From Octopus vulgaris (Eukaryota): a DNA stretch of 64,000 bases. Below, one piece after another: positions 15,612 to 29,806 of the stretch (the stretch's first letter is position 1; the number at the start of each line of letters is the position of its first letter). The stretch covers positions 10,230,001 to 10,294,000 of the forward strand of contig OX597828.1 of assembly GCA_951406725.2 (NCBI GenBank), in the 5' to 3' direction. A program made the translations under genes and the position numbers. The notes below the pieces were generated by a model. That model was given only the letters and a program-made list of their open reading frames with translations, was not told the origin of the DNA and made no database searches.

Positions 15612-18493
15612 TCGCCCACACACATTCACACAAACATGTATATATATATTATACTGAATATGTTATATATATATACATACTAAACATTATTTTTACATGC
15701 TTGCATATTAATGAAGGAACGTACACGCGTGTCTGATTTTATGTTTGCATGGAGATGTACTTCTGTGCACGTTTGTTTCAATAACTTGGCTGCTCGTCAA
15801 AAATTTCCATACATGAGTAAATAAGAATATTAAATATATATCGGTGTCATAGCTTCACATCCCCAAATGGATATAACACCATGGATGCAGTACAATGACT
15901 ACAATAAGTAGCTGAAAGAAAGTGCAAAAAATATTCCAATGCATTTACAATTATAAATAGGAGGGCTGTAATTCCTTTACTGAACCCAAAGAAAAGTTCA
16001 CTAGAAGGTTTTGGCTAAAGAGGGAAGACCAGTAATTTGCTGCTGTGAGGATGCTTGCTGGGACTTGACAAATCCTAGTTGGGTCAACTGGGTAAAGGAA
16101 ACCGACAAACCATTAAAGCCTCAGAAATACCATTGTCGATGCATCCCGGAGCATCCGCGAGTTGTGGCTTAAAATCAACAATCTTACTTATTTTCCGATT
16201 CTTTATTCTCTGTATATATTAGTATCAAGTTTCTATAATGGTAAATCTTTCCTCTCTGTAAGAGATATGTAAGGTTTCTTACAGGTGTATAGGAATGGAC
16301 ATACACTTGTGTTTATTGTAACACAATAATATGTGATATATCGGTCTTGACTCGTGTACTTACAAAATTCTTCCACTAAATGAAGTATTAGTGGCTTACA
16401 AACCAACAAATGCCCCCTATATAAATATGTTAGGAAATTTTTGCTCCCATTATTATGCTAAATACGAAAAGAAAAGGATAAATTTTAACCCTGTAGCACT
16501 TCTTTTTGTAATATAGTTTTCGACAAGATACAAAATTTTAAAACAATCTATGCATTGACCAAACTTTCTCAACCTTTTTATTTTAATCCAAACAGTCCAC
16601 TCCGTGGAAACAACTTTCAGGGTGATTACTTTAGCATAAAATCAACACACACAGGAAATACTCAGACATTCACACACTTTTAATTATCATCATGTATGTG
16701 TGATTATGTGTGTATGCAGTTATATGTACGCATGTAGGTATATATATAAATGTGTATGTGTGAATACTATATATGTATGCATATAAACGATATATGTTAG
16801 CATGTGTGTACGAATTCCTTCTGCATTTTTCTATTGGTAGCATTTAAACTGTTAAGATTCTATTTGAAATTTATTACGATATCTCAATTAAGAGTGTAAT
16901 AAACGCATCCTTCGGGTTATGCTAAAGTAAAGTCTGAAACAATATGATAAAGAATCAAAGATTAAACTGGTGTTAGTAAATTATATCTCTCTAAATGTTG
17001 TTAGTAATAATGCTTAATTGAAATAGATACTTTTCAATGAATTAATCTCAAATAATTCTTTTCGTGAGGCCTAACAAACGTTCATTTGTTTTAAAGCATT
17101 TACTGACAACTGCCTGAGCAATGCTAAAATGCCGTAATCACTAATATGGTATTTACAGAATGATGCATTCATTCACTAAATAATATTAGTTCAAAGCTTC
17201 GTTGCCGTTATTGCTTTGTTAAATATATCTCAATTCAACTACTTCTCACCCCGTTTTGCTGAATCTTTGTATCTTTCAATGATTGACCCATATATACGCT
17301 TTGAAAAGAATAACAAATTTAAAACACAATTCAACACTATCACATGACCTGACAAATTATGCCACAGTTCAGAGAAGACCAACGCAATTGCAGACTGATA
17401 ATTGTTCAAGTGAAGTAGCACTTGACTAATCATGCAGAATCCGATCGCTCGCCAGGAATTAAATTGCAAACAATTCTGTCTCATTTTGCCGTAGGCTAAT
17501 CGGAGAGGATGTAAGCAAAGAGAATGAAGCATTGCTTTGTCTAGCGTCGTTCATGTGTCACAACAGCATTTTCTTCACTGAATTCAAGATATTTTACTCA
17601 TTTTACTGTTCCATTTGCATCTATTCCCAAATGTAATGAGTGCTTTCGTTCAGAGTAGCTGTCACTGTGATAAAACAGAGCGCTATATCTGATCATTGCA
17701 ACGAACGTCACGCTGAAAGGAGATCCGTCGCAAACAGAAAATACACAGTAGTGTCATTAGAAATCTTAATAATAACAATAATAAACGATATTAACAATAA
17801 TATTTATAATAACCATAATAATAGGCAACCGTATAATGATCATGTCAATTAAGTAAATAAATATTATCAAGGAGGCGAAATCCAAGTCAAGAACCAACTG
17901 ACTGACAATATTTCTAAGAATTCAGAGACGATAAATAGTTCAATAGGCGCCAAATAGATATTGACATTCATAGAATAGAAGGAAAAGAATAAATAACGCT
18001 GTTTAAAATGTAAAGCCATCCTAATGAATGTCATATATAAACATAACATGGCAAGTAACCAAATTAATTGTCAGCGATGATATCAATGGGTCTGAAAATC
18101 CACTAACACTTTCCACCCCCTCACAGCCACACCACGTACATACATACATACATACATACATACATACATACATACATACATACATACATACATACGTACG
18201 TACGTACATGCATATATGTTTGCATGTGTAAAGTTGTGATGTATATGCAGCTATGCATATATAAATAGAATATATAAATAAGTGTATATATATATATACA
18301 AAGAGAGACAGACATACAGAGACGGAGAGATAGATAGACATGCTTGTATATAAAAATTATATTTCTATTTATATATAGATCAATCTATCTATCTATCTAT
18401 CTATCTATCGATCGATCGATCGATCTATCTAACTATCTGTTTATCTATTTATCTATCTATCTGTCTATCTATCAATCTATCTATCTATCTATC

Positions 18494-18561
<68 letters not shown>

Positions 18562-18569
18562 ATATATAT

Positions 18570-18760
18570 AATGGGAGAATTTTCGAAAGAATCAAAAGAC
18601 GAAGACAGGTGGTGTAGAAAACAGATGTATTAGTATAACGCTCGGGACAGGAATTGAAAAGTTCTTTTACGTTTCGAGCTTACGCTCTTCCACAGATAGG
18701 AACACAGAAAGATACAAGGAGAAAAAAATGTGTGGTGGCTACCGATCTATCATGGTGACT
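18570..18760 (-). mobile_element. Penelope-like pLTR fragment with minimal hammerhead-like motif (18662-18702)
   Basis: The minus strand has CTGTGGA-A-GAGC-GTAA-GCTC-GAAA-CG-TA followed by CCGAGCGTTATACTAATACA. Confidence 0.6.
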
Positions 18761-18819
18761 GCATATGTAATTCTACATGTTCTTTAGATAATAAAATAGA
18801 CATATACATACATAGTAAC

Positions 18820-18925
18820 ATTGTTTTCAAATTCTGGTTTAAGTCTAGCAGTTCCGTGGAAGAGAGCAACTGATACTTATTTTATCGAACCCGAAGTTTG
18901 AAAGGCAACGCCAGCTCACCGCCTA
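18820..18925 (-). mobile_element. SINE fragment (family B)
   Basis: TACTTATTTTATCGAACCCGAAG..TGAAAGGCAA is the reverse complement of the core at 31360-31405. Confidence 0.6.
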
Positions 18926-19159
18926 ACATCCACATTAGTATTTAACATTAAACTGAAGGATCCCTCGATGCTTTTTAATAGTGTACATCATAATTAACTT
19001 TTACTAAGAAAATGTTTATTATGACTTCCAAGTATCGGCTTGCTTACTCTCATTCGTAAATCAGTTTGATGAAGGTGAGCTAAAATATACTTGAAGTCGA
19101 TGCCAACTTTTTCTTCTAAAATTCAATACGTATATGAGTGTATATATGTGTGTGTGTAT

Positions 19160-19213
<54 letters not shown>

Positions 19214-19214
19214 T

Positions 19215-20398
19215 TATACACAGACATGAGAGAAGCTAATCATTACAATTTATATAAATCTGACATTATTCATTCAAATTATTGATTAATAGTTATAATG
19301 GGAATTTTTATATTGAGTAGGCATGTCCTTGGCATTTTTCAATGCAAGGACCCTATTAGGTATGTTACTGATCAGATTACAAATATTCTCTTGCGGAATT
19401 TTGTGCCAAGTTTCATGCAGTAATCTGAAAAGATTTGAAGATACTTTCTTGTTTTTTTTATGACGTGTCCTGTCAATTATGTCCCGGAGATGTTCCATAG
19501 CGTTCAGATCTAGTGACTGGTTTGGCAATGGAAGATTTTTAAAACCATTCTCATCGAACAAATCTTGTGTCATTTTAGCCATAAATAGTCTTCTTTAATC
19601 ATTTCTCCACCGGAGAAGATTAGAAGGTATCCTATGTGCAATATGGATACATTTTATTTGAGTTTATGTTTCTCTCACACTCCACCAGCCATGATCAACC
19701 ATTGCTCCAAATTTCTCTCCAGACCATCACAGAATAGCTGTTATGTTTCATTTTTAACTGCAATCTTTTCACATCAAACTCTTGATCACAGAGTCTCCAG
19801 ACACACATTGAACCACTATCGAGAAATACCAAAAGTCTGGACATATAAAAAAAATTGGCAGTGTCTCAAAATGCTAGTGGCCTCTCTACCATCTCACTGG
19901 GCCCAATCTTTTCTCCGCTTTATGCTGGCTATTCCAAGAAGTGGCTTCCTCCTTGCTGCTTTGCATAGGAACCAAGTTTGTGGAGACACCTGACACCTGT
20001 TCTCGAATTGGTATCAACTTGTTCTACTGTGTCAGAGGCCTTGCAACAAGTATTATCCTCCACACTTCACTAAACAAAGAGAAATGTCCTGTCAGGAGGG
20101 CTCTGGTTGACCTGGGCAAGGTGATGTGGATCCTTTTCCCTCTCTGGTGAATTGCATACTCACCCTATTATCTCTAGAATGCGGGATCCCACAGTTATCT
20201 CGATGTTACGCTATGTTCACATTTAGAGTAACCCACAGCACGGCCTCTTTGATATTCAGTCAGTCCCAAAGCTTCTTTTGTACATGGCATGATTAAACAG
20301 CCACACACAGAACCTGAAACATAAAAATGTCAATAGATAAACAGTTTTATGTGGTGTTTTATGTGGTGTCTATTTTCGTCGGTCCTGTCTGTGTGTAT
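19215..20398 (-). mobile_element. Tc1-like DNA transposon fossil
   Basis: N-terminus MPCTKEALGLTEYQRGRAVG at 20290. C-terminus LPNQSLDLNAMEHL (cf. WPxQSPDLNPIEHLW) and AKDMPTQY. Ends TACACAGAC / GTCTGTGTGTA. Multiple frameshifts. Confidence 0.8.
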
Positions 20399-20766
20399 AG
20401 AAGCATCTAACGTTCTTAAAATACATATGAAAATATTATCTAAGCATGTGTATGTACTCTTGTGTGCCTGTATGCATGTGCGCGGTGTGTGTCAGTGTTT
20501 GTATGAGTATGTGCATATACATAAATTCATTTTTAAGTTCATTTTTGGATTCAGCTTCGACACTCCATGCACTTGTTGAATGTTGGGTCAAATGAACACT
20601 ATTTGAATGATTTTGCGAGATATTTTTCGAACGACATTTTTCTGAAATTGTTATACATTTGCTTACCATAAATAGAATGATTTTTCTACCTTGATACAAT
20701 CATTAGTGTATTCTTGACACAGTAAATTTTCAGTTAAATCCTGCTAAATGTAGTTTGATGAAACAT

Positions 20767-20985
20767 TGGTTTCAAATTTTTGCACAAGGCCAGTAAATTC
20801 GGGAGTGTAAGTAGATCGGTTACATCGACCCTAGAGTTCAATTGACACTTATTTTATCGATCTCGAAATGACGAAACACAACGTTGGCCTCCGCGGAATT
20901 TGAATTCAGAACGTAACATCCGACGAAATTCCGGAAAGCATTTATCCTGCTGTGATAACGATTCTGGTTGTTCAGTGTCTTAGTT
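20767..20985 (-). mobile_element. SINE (family B)
   Basis: Reverse complement of 31310-31440 (CGGAATTTGAATTCAGAACGTA; TACATCGACCC). Confidence 0.75.
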
Positions 20986-22099
20986 TTATGGAATGTTAAA
21001 AGATAGCAGAAACGTGCGATTGTTAGAAAACCTAATATAATTTTCAGCTAGTGGTACTTATGATGATTCACAATACAGTGTACTAGAAATCACCCTTGCA
21101 TCAAACTTTGTGGGTCCGCAAACGCATGTTGTGTCATTAATCTCATCGATTTATTTGAGCGGTCATCGTCATCAATTATAGTGTCCCCACAACATAACAT
21201 CAGATATGGCCTTATGTTCAGCACGATAGTAGGGGCTAACAAAACAAGCCCTGCGTCGATTAACAGTTAGAGAGATGAGCGCAATGTTTCCATAACTATC
21301 TTCGTTGGTTCTGGTGGTATGCTAAAACCAAAAGAGGCGTGGACTCATCATGACAATCCTGAAACGCTTTCTTTATGTTCTAGATGTTTCCATAAATGAG
21401 AATGTCCCCTTTGTATGCCTCTAGACTACCAGTTTTAAATTTAGGGAAATTCCAAAACCTTGATTGCTAGATAGTTCTAAGATGACTGGGGTAGTCCAAA
21501 TTTCTCTCTTGTGCTTTACTATGTTTTTTCCTACCGATATTATAAAGACCTTAAGTAATTGAAATCACTTATTTTATTGATAAGAAATATTGACATACAT
21601 TTACAAACGAACGCTACGTTTTAAATCTATTTTTCATTTCGTTGCGTAGTATACATAAATTGATTTTATTACGTGTGCATTATAAATACTATAATATATA
21701 TTCCTTTACAGTCTGCACTTAAACTGTGCCAGTATAAATTAATGTTATCCACTTTAAAATCTTATGCATCGAATATGTTTTGAAACAACTGCAACGATAC
21801 TGAATTATTATAATATGGAAGCTTTAGCGTATGTAATCATAATTTTCAATCCTCATTCTCATTTCTATAATCTCTAAGAATACAAATAGCCTCTTGGGAT
21901 TCAGATATTCTACATGATTAAAACCTCTTCATTTGTTAGTAAGCAGTTAGTTTCAAAAAATGCAAAGCTGGTATTAAATAATTCTACCTTCACTAACGCA
22001 TTTTCGGAAATCTTAAAAAATCTCTATTATACATTACATTTTTTGTAGTATTTAAATTCAAAATCAAAACAGATTACACTATACACACACACACGTACA

Positions 22100-22129
<30 letters not shown>

Positions 22130-22134
<5 letters not shown>

Positions 22135-22301
22135 AAATGGGACAAGAACGCAAAGCATCCGGACAACTAGGTGATACAAAAAGGGACAACAAAACATCCA
22201 GATACGATTCAAAGAAAACTAGGACGGGTCATTCGAAGTTGTCTATCTTCAGTCAAGAACCAGATTATCCTCTCAATTTCGCCTGATTATTCTTGAGTTT
22301 G

Positions 22302-22305
<4 letters not shown>
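22130..22305 (-). mobile_element. Possible Penelope-like pLTR fragment
   Basis: A short unique segment between (TA)n tracts with CAGGCGAAATTG near its truncated 5' end. The assignment rests on composition and layout only. Confidence 0.3.
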
Positions 22306-22359
<54 letters not shown>

Positions 22360-23195
22360 TATATATATTTATCTATTCATTTAATTATTTATTTATAGTG
22401 TGTGTGTATGTGTGTATATGTGTGTTTGTGAAAGTTGTAAATAAATTAAATATGCTTTAGAATCATTAAAATTGAAATTTATTTAATATTTTTCATTATT
22501 TAAAGTTTAATTTCAGTATTCATATAAAATGAAAAAATGTCAAAATGGCAATAAACTGCTTAACCTGACAACTCCCAACTGAATCGAAGCGAGTCGGAAA
22601 CTACAAAAAATCGATAGCCACTCAAGTTCAAAGAGCTCCCAAAACATTTTCAAACACAGTTAAAGGAGTGTATTCCAATGGGGCGTTCTTAACATTTCAT
22701 AAGTTTCTCGGGGACACATTCCTCAGATTTATTCGAAGTAAATGTAACGTAGCCTTTGCATTTATCGATTAATTCATACCATATTTATAAAGATACTCCA
22801 TTTTTATACAATGCACGAGATAATATATTTGATTTCCTAAAAATTCACAGGTACAAATTACTCGTTCATTGTGAAATGCAAAACTACTGCTGGTCTTTAT
22901 TACTGTCCATCTTTGCACGTTAATCTGTAGTATATTTTAGTATATTATTGTTTATGTTATGTCAATTATATGTGTTTTTCAATTTAAAGATATTTTGGTC
23001 TTCGATGTAAGATTCTCAGATATATTTACGATTTGAGGATATGACATGTTTATATTTCGATGTAAGATTCACAGATATGTTTATGATTTGATCTGATAGT
23101 GTTTTTCTCCAAAATTATTACGGTAAACTAAGAGGCAAATGATTTTCGACATATTTATATGTATGTATGTAAGTATGTATATATGGATATATATA

Positions 23196-25373
23196 TAGTC
23201 CATTCTCGTTATACCGCCACGAACGGGACCATAACAAATTGGCGGTTTAACGGGGTTGGTGGTAAATTGAGGGAGGCTTTCTGCAGTAGATTTAAAGCCG
23301 ATCATATATGAATTTTTTTATATAACACAGTATCGTAGCTAACTTTTAGAAAGTGGAGAATGGGCAAAAGTTGATTCTGATGTGTAAACAAAATTTTCAT
23401 ATAAAAATAAAAAAAAGAAAGGGACAAACATGAAATTTGAGAACGGGGGGGGGGGGGAGAATATATTGCCCTTCTTGTCCTTCTCCCCTCCTCTCTGGTA
23501 GTTATACCCTTGTTACAACACCAATTGTAAATGCAGTGTGACTATCTTTTAGATTTTAGTTGAAATATTTTAAACAAATGTTTTACTGTTAAACAAATAA
23601 ATTTTAATGATAAACAATAAAGATCATAAATATATTTTAAAAATTATTTTGTGAAAAAATATAACATATTTTTGCTTATATTTCGAACTTTTAATAGTAT
23701 TAAAACGTTTTTCTAATTTTTCTAAAAGTAATAAATCTTCAGTAGTCATATCTCCTGCTTCTATCAAATCACAAAGAAGATTCAGAGCTTTGCTTATAAC
23801 TTTAGTTGTAGGTTTAGGTTTTGGTGCGGGTTCTAGAGGTTTTACCGACTCAATAATTTCTTGTTCGGTCATCTCAGCAAAAAGTTTTTTCATTGTCGTC
23901 GAAGCTTATGAACTCATCTGCAGTTATTAGCAGTTTGTTTAATCAGTTCAGCTATTGGTATATTGACGCCGTCATCACTGTTTTCAACGTCTGTGTCTGT
24001 GCTTTCGGGTTTTCGGGTGAGACCAGTGTAGTGCCAGCAGTTAAAATTAGCAGACGGTGCCACAGAGTCCCAAGATTTGTTGATGCATCGAATAGCGTCA
24101 CTTAAGGTGATGTTGTAAGTACCGCTTTCGTCTAGTTGAGTGATTATCCGGGCTAAATGATACTGTTTGTAGTTAGATTTGAAGTAGTGAATTATTCTGG
24201 CGTTTGGGGTTTGTAGGTGGCACGATGTTGTCGGTGGGAGAAGAGTTAATCGGGCATGTTGTGTCCAGAGTCATTCTCCATTATCAGTAAAATATTTGGT
24301 CGCAGAAGTCGCATTTTCTTATAATCTTTCACCCAAGTGCTAAACGTACTTGAGTTCATCCAAGCTTTGCTGTTGTAGTCGTAATCTACATAAAGTTTGT
24401 AGTTAAAATTCATAGAACATCGGGGTTTGGACACATCGCAGTTTTTCGCTGCCATCTGCATTACAAGCTAGTACCACCGTAAGTCTTTCTTTTTGCTTTT
24501 TGACGCCTTTGATATTTTTTTTGTGTAAGCGATTTATTACGTAGTGGCAAGAAAATAAATTTCTTTTGTCGATATTAAACATATTTCTTGGTTCAATTTT
24601 CTTCATTTTCTATTTAGCACGCTGTAAACCAGCAGTAATGAGTTGTTGATCTTTGCATTCTTTCTCAAAATGTCTTCTGTTATAACACCATTGTTAGTAT
24701 GAATACTAGTAAGCAATAAAAAAGGAGCACCTTCTAAATCTGAGTGTTTGGCATTTTGTTGTCTTGCCTCTGGATCTTTAATAACTTTTCACTTATCTTT
24801 CTGCTGAATAATATCACCTATAGTTTTTCGTTTTATATTATCTCCCCATGCATTACCGAAATAATCTACAAATACATTGTTGATTAGCATAAGAATGAAC
24901 TTTATGATATTTGATAACTACTTGTTTCTGTATTACTGCAATGGTAGAGCGTCTGCGCTTACATAAAATAGCGCTCATGTTGAAAAATGATACTAAAAAG
25001 AAAATAATCTCTTCTATAAACTTTTTCTTTAAAACAATAAAATAAATTATGGCCCAATTTTATGAGCAGGGAATATCAACTTATTGTCGTTAGCACATGG
25101 TAAATCGACTAAATGTTCTACGTTTCTAGTGTCGCTATTGCCTGTTAGCATGCTTAACTTGAAGTTTCGTGCCCTTTAGATTTCTATGTATGTTTATAAA
25201 CGCTATTCAGGTATGACAAAATTGTTTGGGCAGTAAATTTGTTGTGATTTGGAAGTAAATCGAGGGAGTTTTATGCTATTAAGGAACGATTGTGTTGCAA
25301 AATGTATTGGCGGAAATCGGGTTTGAATTATGTTATGGCGGAAAATCGGGTTGGCTTAAGAGCGAGGGTACAC

Positions 25374-25375
<2 letters not shown>
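23196..25375 (-). mobile_element. pogo/Tigger-type (DDE_1, CENP-B/TIGD-like) DNA transposon fossil
   Basis: Fragments MFNIDK, GVKKQKERLTVVLACNADGSEKL, YDYNSKAWMNSSTFSTW and LLIMENDSGH. Ends TA-TAGTCCATTCTCGTTATA / AGCGAGGGTACACTG-TA. Many frameshifts. Confidence 0.85.
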
Positions 25376-25416
<41 letters not shown>

Positions 25417-25877
25417 ATACATTTATATATGTATATATTCAAATGTAAGATAGCTAGCAAGTTATCAAGATTGATAGACACAATATATATTAAAAATATC
25501 AAATTCCAGATTGCTTTAGTTAAATTATATAACTTCACATGTATTTGTAAATATATATCAAAATTTCTTACAAGAATAGGTTCAAAACCGAAAATTCTGG
25601 AGATGGAAATGTACCATGCAAAAAAGTTTGTCAGTCCGATAAAACTCAATTATTATAGAACTAGAATGTCAAAATATTTCTGAAAACTACTTGTTTTGAA
25701 AGTGAGACTATCTGAGATTATATAATGCAACTGAAATCATTACATCACAACTGCAGAATTCCTTAATGTTAACCATTAAAGAACACTGCAGGAATTCATA
25801 ACGTTAAGTAGCACCTCTTTAATCCAATCGTTAAGGCAGTTTTTTAAAAATGTTTCTATTTTTCTACTTATATTTCT

Positions 25878-26275
25878 TTCAAATTTTAGCATAAGGCCAA
25901 ACATTTGGGGAAAGTAGTATGCTGATCACTCTGGCTCACTGTACTCAACACATACTTATTTTATTGACCCGAAAAGGATGAAAAGAATTTGAACTCATAA
26001 CGTAAATATGGATGAAATGTCGCTAAGCATTCTACCCAGCCTACTAACGGTCCTCAGTTCACTGCCTTCTTTAGCTACTGATATTGTTTCAAATTTTGGC
26101 GCAAGTTCGAGAAAGGGGCTTAGTCGATTACATCGACCTCATTGTTCAAGTAGTACTCATTTTGTCGATCTATAAATGATAAAATTTAGGTCTTGAAATT
26201 AGAGTATAAAGACGGAGGAATTACAAATAATCTTTTTTCACTGGCGTACTAATGATTCTGCCAGCTCACCGCCAT
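25878..26275 (-). mobile_element. Two adjacent degenerate SINEs (family B)
   Basis: Two repeats of TTTCAAATTTT.GC..AAG...TACT.ATTTT.T.GA...GCCAGCTCACCGCC. Confidence 0.65.
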
Positions 26276-26506
26276 GTTTCTGTACTTACACTAAAAATAT
26301 AATTATACAGTTCGGATTATCAGATGCTCGCTATTGAAAGATTGTCTTCGTTTCCCCACAAGATCTATATAAGTATTTCTACCAGAAAATAGACCACTAT
26401 TAAACAATATACCTGTGTGTGAATTTAAATGAGACAACAAAGCATTTAATTGCTTCCAATTTGGTTGAAGAACACATGGTTATTGACTTGAAATATTACT
26501 CATATT

Positions 26507-26780
26507 GGCGCAGGACCGATTGAAAGTATGTGATCTCGGGTTTGAGAAAACACACTTTTATTATAGCCTCGGTTTAACCGTGAGCTTGAAATTGATAAAC
26601 GGATCTGTGTATGTGTGTGTGTGTGTGTGTGTGTGTATCTGTTTCTGTACCTATCATTATCGTGACAAACGTCGAAACTATTGCTGATATATGTATCAGA
26701 CTACCGATATGATCTACCAAAAAATTTTAAGGTGGTGCCGTAGCATCTGTGCAATCCAATGAATGAAAGAAGTAAAAGAG
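26507..26780 (+). mobile_element. Degenerate SINE (family A)
   Basis: GGCGCAGGA head, TATAGCCTCGG, internal (TG)n and tail AAGGTGGTGCCGTAGCAT...GTAAAAGAG. Confidence 0.55.
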
Positions 26781-29762
26781 GTACAGTTTATACCTTGCCT
26801 TAAACCTTGATATATCTCAATTGAAATTTTAGGTTATATTCTATAAGAAAGTATTACCTTCGCTTAGCAGTGAGACGCGCCAGAAAATGTATTTCTCTAA
26901 ACTTCATTGTGAAACGTTTGCAACATCAATGATCATTTTTATCAACTTGAATCCATAATATGAATTAAAATACACGTCTCCAATCTCGCTTTAGTAACGA
27001 GATATTATGTTATTGCAACGAATATATGAAGGTTGGTGTAGCGTAACTGTAATGTTCGATTTTTATTGGCATTCAAATGTTATGAATTCGATGTAAAAAA
27101 GAAAAATCACGCACTCACACACACATATATATATACACGCCCATATATACACACATTTACACATGTATAAACACACAGAGGCACACGCACCCACAAATAT
27201 ATACCTGTAGTTTTATATTTATTATTTCTTTAATTTCATGGAGTAAACATACCTTCGAAGTCAACATTTCACTGTGATGTTTTGTTGTTATTTTAAAGCA
27301 TTGAAGAATGCAAAATATTTTCATAAAGTCAATACTGAAATTGTTTAGATGGACATGCCTAAATGCAAATGAATCAAAGTCAAACAATTTTAAAATGCAG
27401 CACTTTATTTCATGCTCACGTAGAGCAAAAAATACATTTAGGCACTGAATGCTTAACCAATTTATTTTCGAAATAACTGAAAAAATTCGATAAGTTGTAT
27501 CAAATGAAAAGCCGTTAAAAAAAGAAATAAAAGGAATTCTACACTAATGAAAGACATTTCGCTACCAGATACTTTTTAAGAAAGCAACAATTTCTTAACC
27601 ATTTTTGTTTCACACATTTCGTTTAAAATTGTATGGATTATTAATTTTAATAGATTTTTTAACGGGAAACATCTTTAACAATTATCATACTTTACTTTTT
27701 TTTTTAAATTGCAAGAAAAACAAAGAATTAGAAATTATACATCATACAATGATAGAGAATTATAAAATATTAATCAAAATTATTTAACTAAAGTTTACTC
27801 AAACCAACGATGAAATATTGCTAGGCATTGTACTACACCGTAGTAGGCAGGGAAAATAACCAGTTACTTGGTTCTAAACATCAATTGAAATACACCACTG
27901 TTGCAGAGTTTTTACATGGCGTGTCAAATGAGCTTAATGCATCGATTCACGCAAGCCGACTGATTGCTTTTCAATAATTCTTTCTTTTATATGTATTCCT
28001 CAAAAACAGTTCAGATCCTTTCAAAAGTTCTACTAACGATGTTACCGCTTTAACAATCTATGCATTGGAAAAAATGGCAAATATAAAAAGTCAAGTAGAA
28101 CATACGATATGTGCGCATTACAAGAAAAACACCAAATTGCATAATAAAAACTATAGAATGATGAAAATCAAATGGGGAAGAAAAAAAGACACTAAAAATT
28201 ATAACAAAGAAAATGGTAATGAAAACACCAAAATTGTTTGGTTCAATCCATTGAAAGATTTTATAGGTTTTCAAATCCGTTGAGTTACAGTTACAGATGA
28301 AAGGTTAAGTTAAGATTATTCAAAGACACTTCTGATATTAGTAAGATCACACCAGATCAGTAAAATTTCTATCCAATATAGAAATCCGCAATGTATGCTG
28401 TGATTTGCGACGAACGTGGTCTAGTAAGATGTTAAATTCCCGGATGTTGATGTTCAAATGAAGATTGAAATTATTTCTCTTCTCTAACCCTGAATATATT
28501 CACGATATATTTTCACGCATCAGGCCGTGAGTCACAACTCAAGCATTCTCTTCGGAGCAGCAGTAACACCATTCTCTACAAATTCTATTAACATTTTAAG
28601 CTTTTCACAATTTATTCTCCCAAACAACAATGTTGGACTTGCAAACGCATATTTGTTTCCAATTTCGAAATAAGGCAGGGAAATACTATTGATTTGAAAT
28701 AATACTAAACACGTTTGGATAGGGATATGCGAATATTGCTCGTGAAATAAGATGTTATTATAAATCATGAAATAATGGATTTGGCCTAACTTGAAAAGAA
28801 ATTTTGTGAAACTGAGTGTTGACGTGATGCATATCAATATAAGGAGACAACCAGTGTAAAAACAATGAAAACAGTGAAAACATTAAGATTCGAAATGGTG
28901 GCAGGTGGAAAACGATGGAATAAAAGCCAGTGTGGAAGTGATCATATCAGTAAGCCAAAACAATGTGTGCAGTTATTGATAACTTGCAGGGTCAAAAAGG
29001 TTACAAACATAAGTAATTACGTGATCTTCAATAAAATTACTGATAGTTTTATTTCCTAGTTACAATATACATTCTTGTTTATGTAAATTGCACATGCTAC
29101 ATTACCATCTCAAGACAAGAATATTTCTCGTATATTTATATTCATGCAGAAGCTGCAGGTTTATGGCGCCTGCATTATTTACAACTTTATTACATTCACT
29201 GTAAATGAAAATCATTCAGATTTAAGTTCGATGTAGGAAACATTTTCTTCAATATAAACACGTCTCTAATTCAGACATGTTAATTTTATATTCGCTATGA
29301 ATTTCTGAAATGTAACCAGTATAACAAAATGAATTCTAGTTGTACGATTGCGTATAAAGCTTCACAGGCACTTGTGAGTAATGAAATTTTATAACGTCTT
29401 CAATTCATCACTAATCAAGTTAAGCGTTTTATATATTCAAAACACGAAACATTACTCAAATATATAATTCGAAAATTCTCTTTAAAATATCGCCACCTAT
29501 CACTTCATTATAATGATATTAATTACCCTGAGCGTTATAAAGTATAATCAGCTCTCTAATGTATGTAAATAGAAGCAAAACGTTTTAACTTATGGATATA
29601 TTTATGATTAAACATTTATATAACATCTGAGTTAAAGATGCTGGTAGTTAATTTTACACCAGTTAATCTCGTACTTGTTCAAAGGACTTGTTTACAGAAA
29701 TAAATTTTTAATTATAATAAGCATAGCTATTGAAAATGTTTATGTGCATATTATAGCTATTA

Positions 29763-29806
<44 letters not shown>

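Noticed and set aside
15847-15911. Minus-strand exon candidate encoding TYCSHCTASMVLYPFGDVKL*
   Set aside because: Only an acceptor-like site and a CxxC. No recognisable domain or partner exons.
23001-23091. 36-bp direct repeat with 55-bp period
   Set aside because: An ordinary local tandem duplication with no further structure.
28532-28837. 101-aa non-repetitive ORF (similarly 17239-17532, 7392-7694)
   Set aside because: No recognisable domain or splice support, and the length is compatible with chance.
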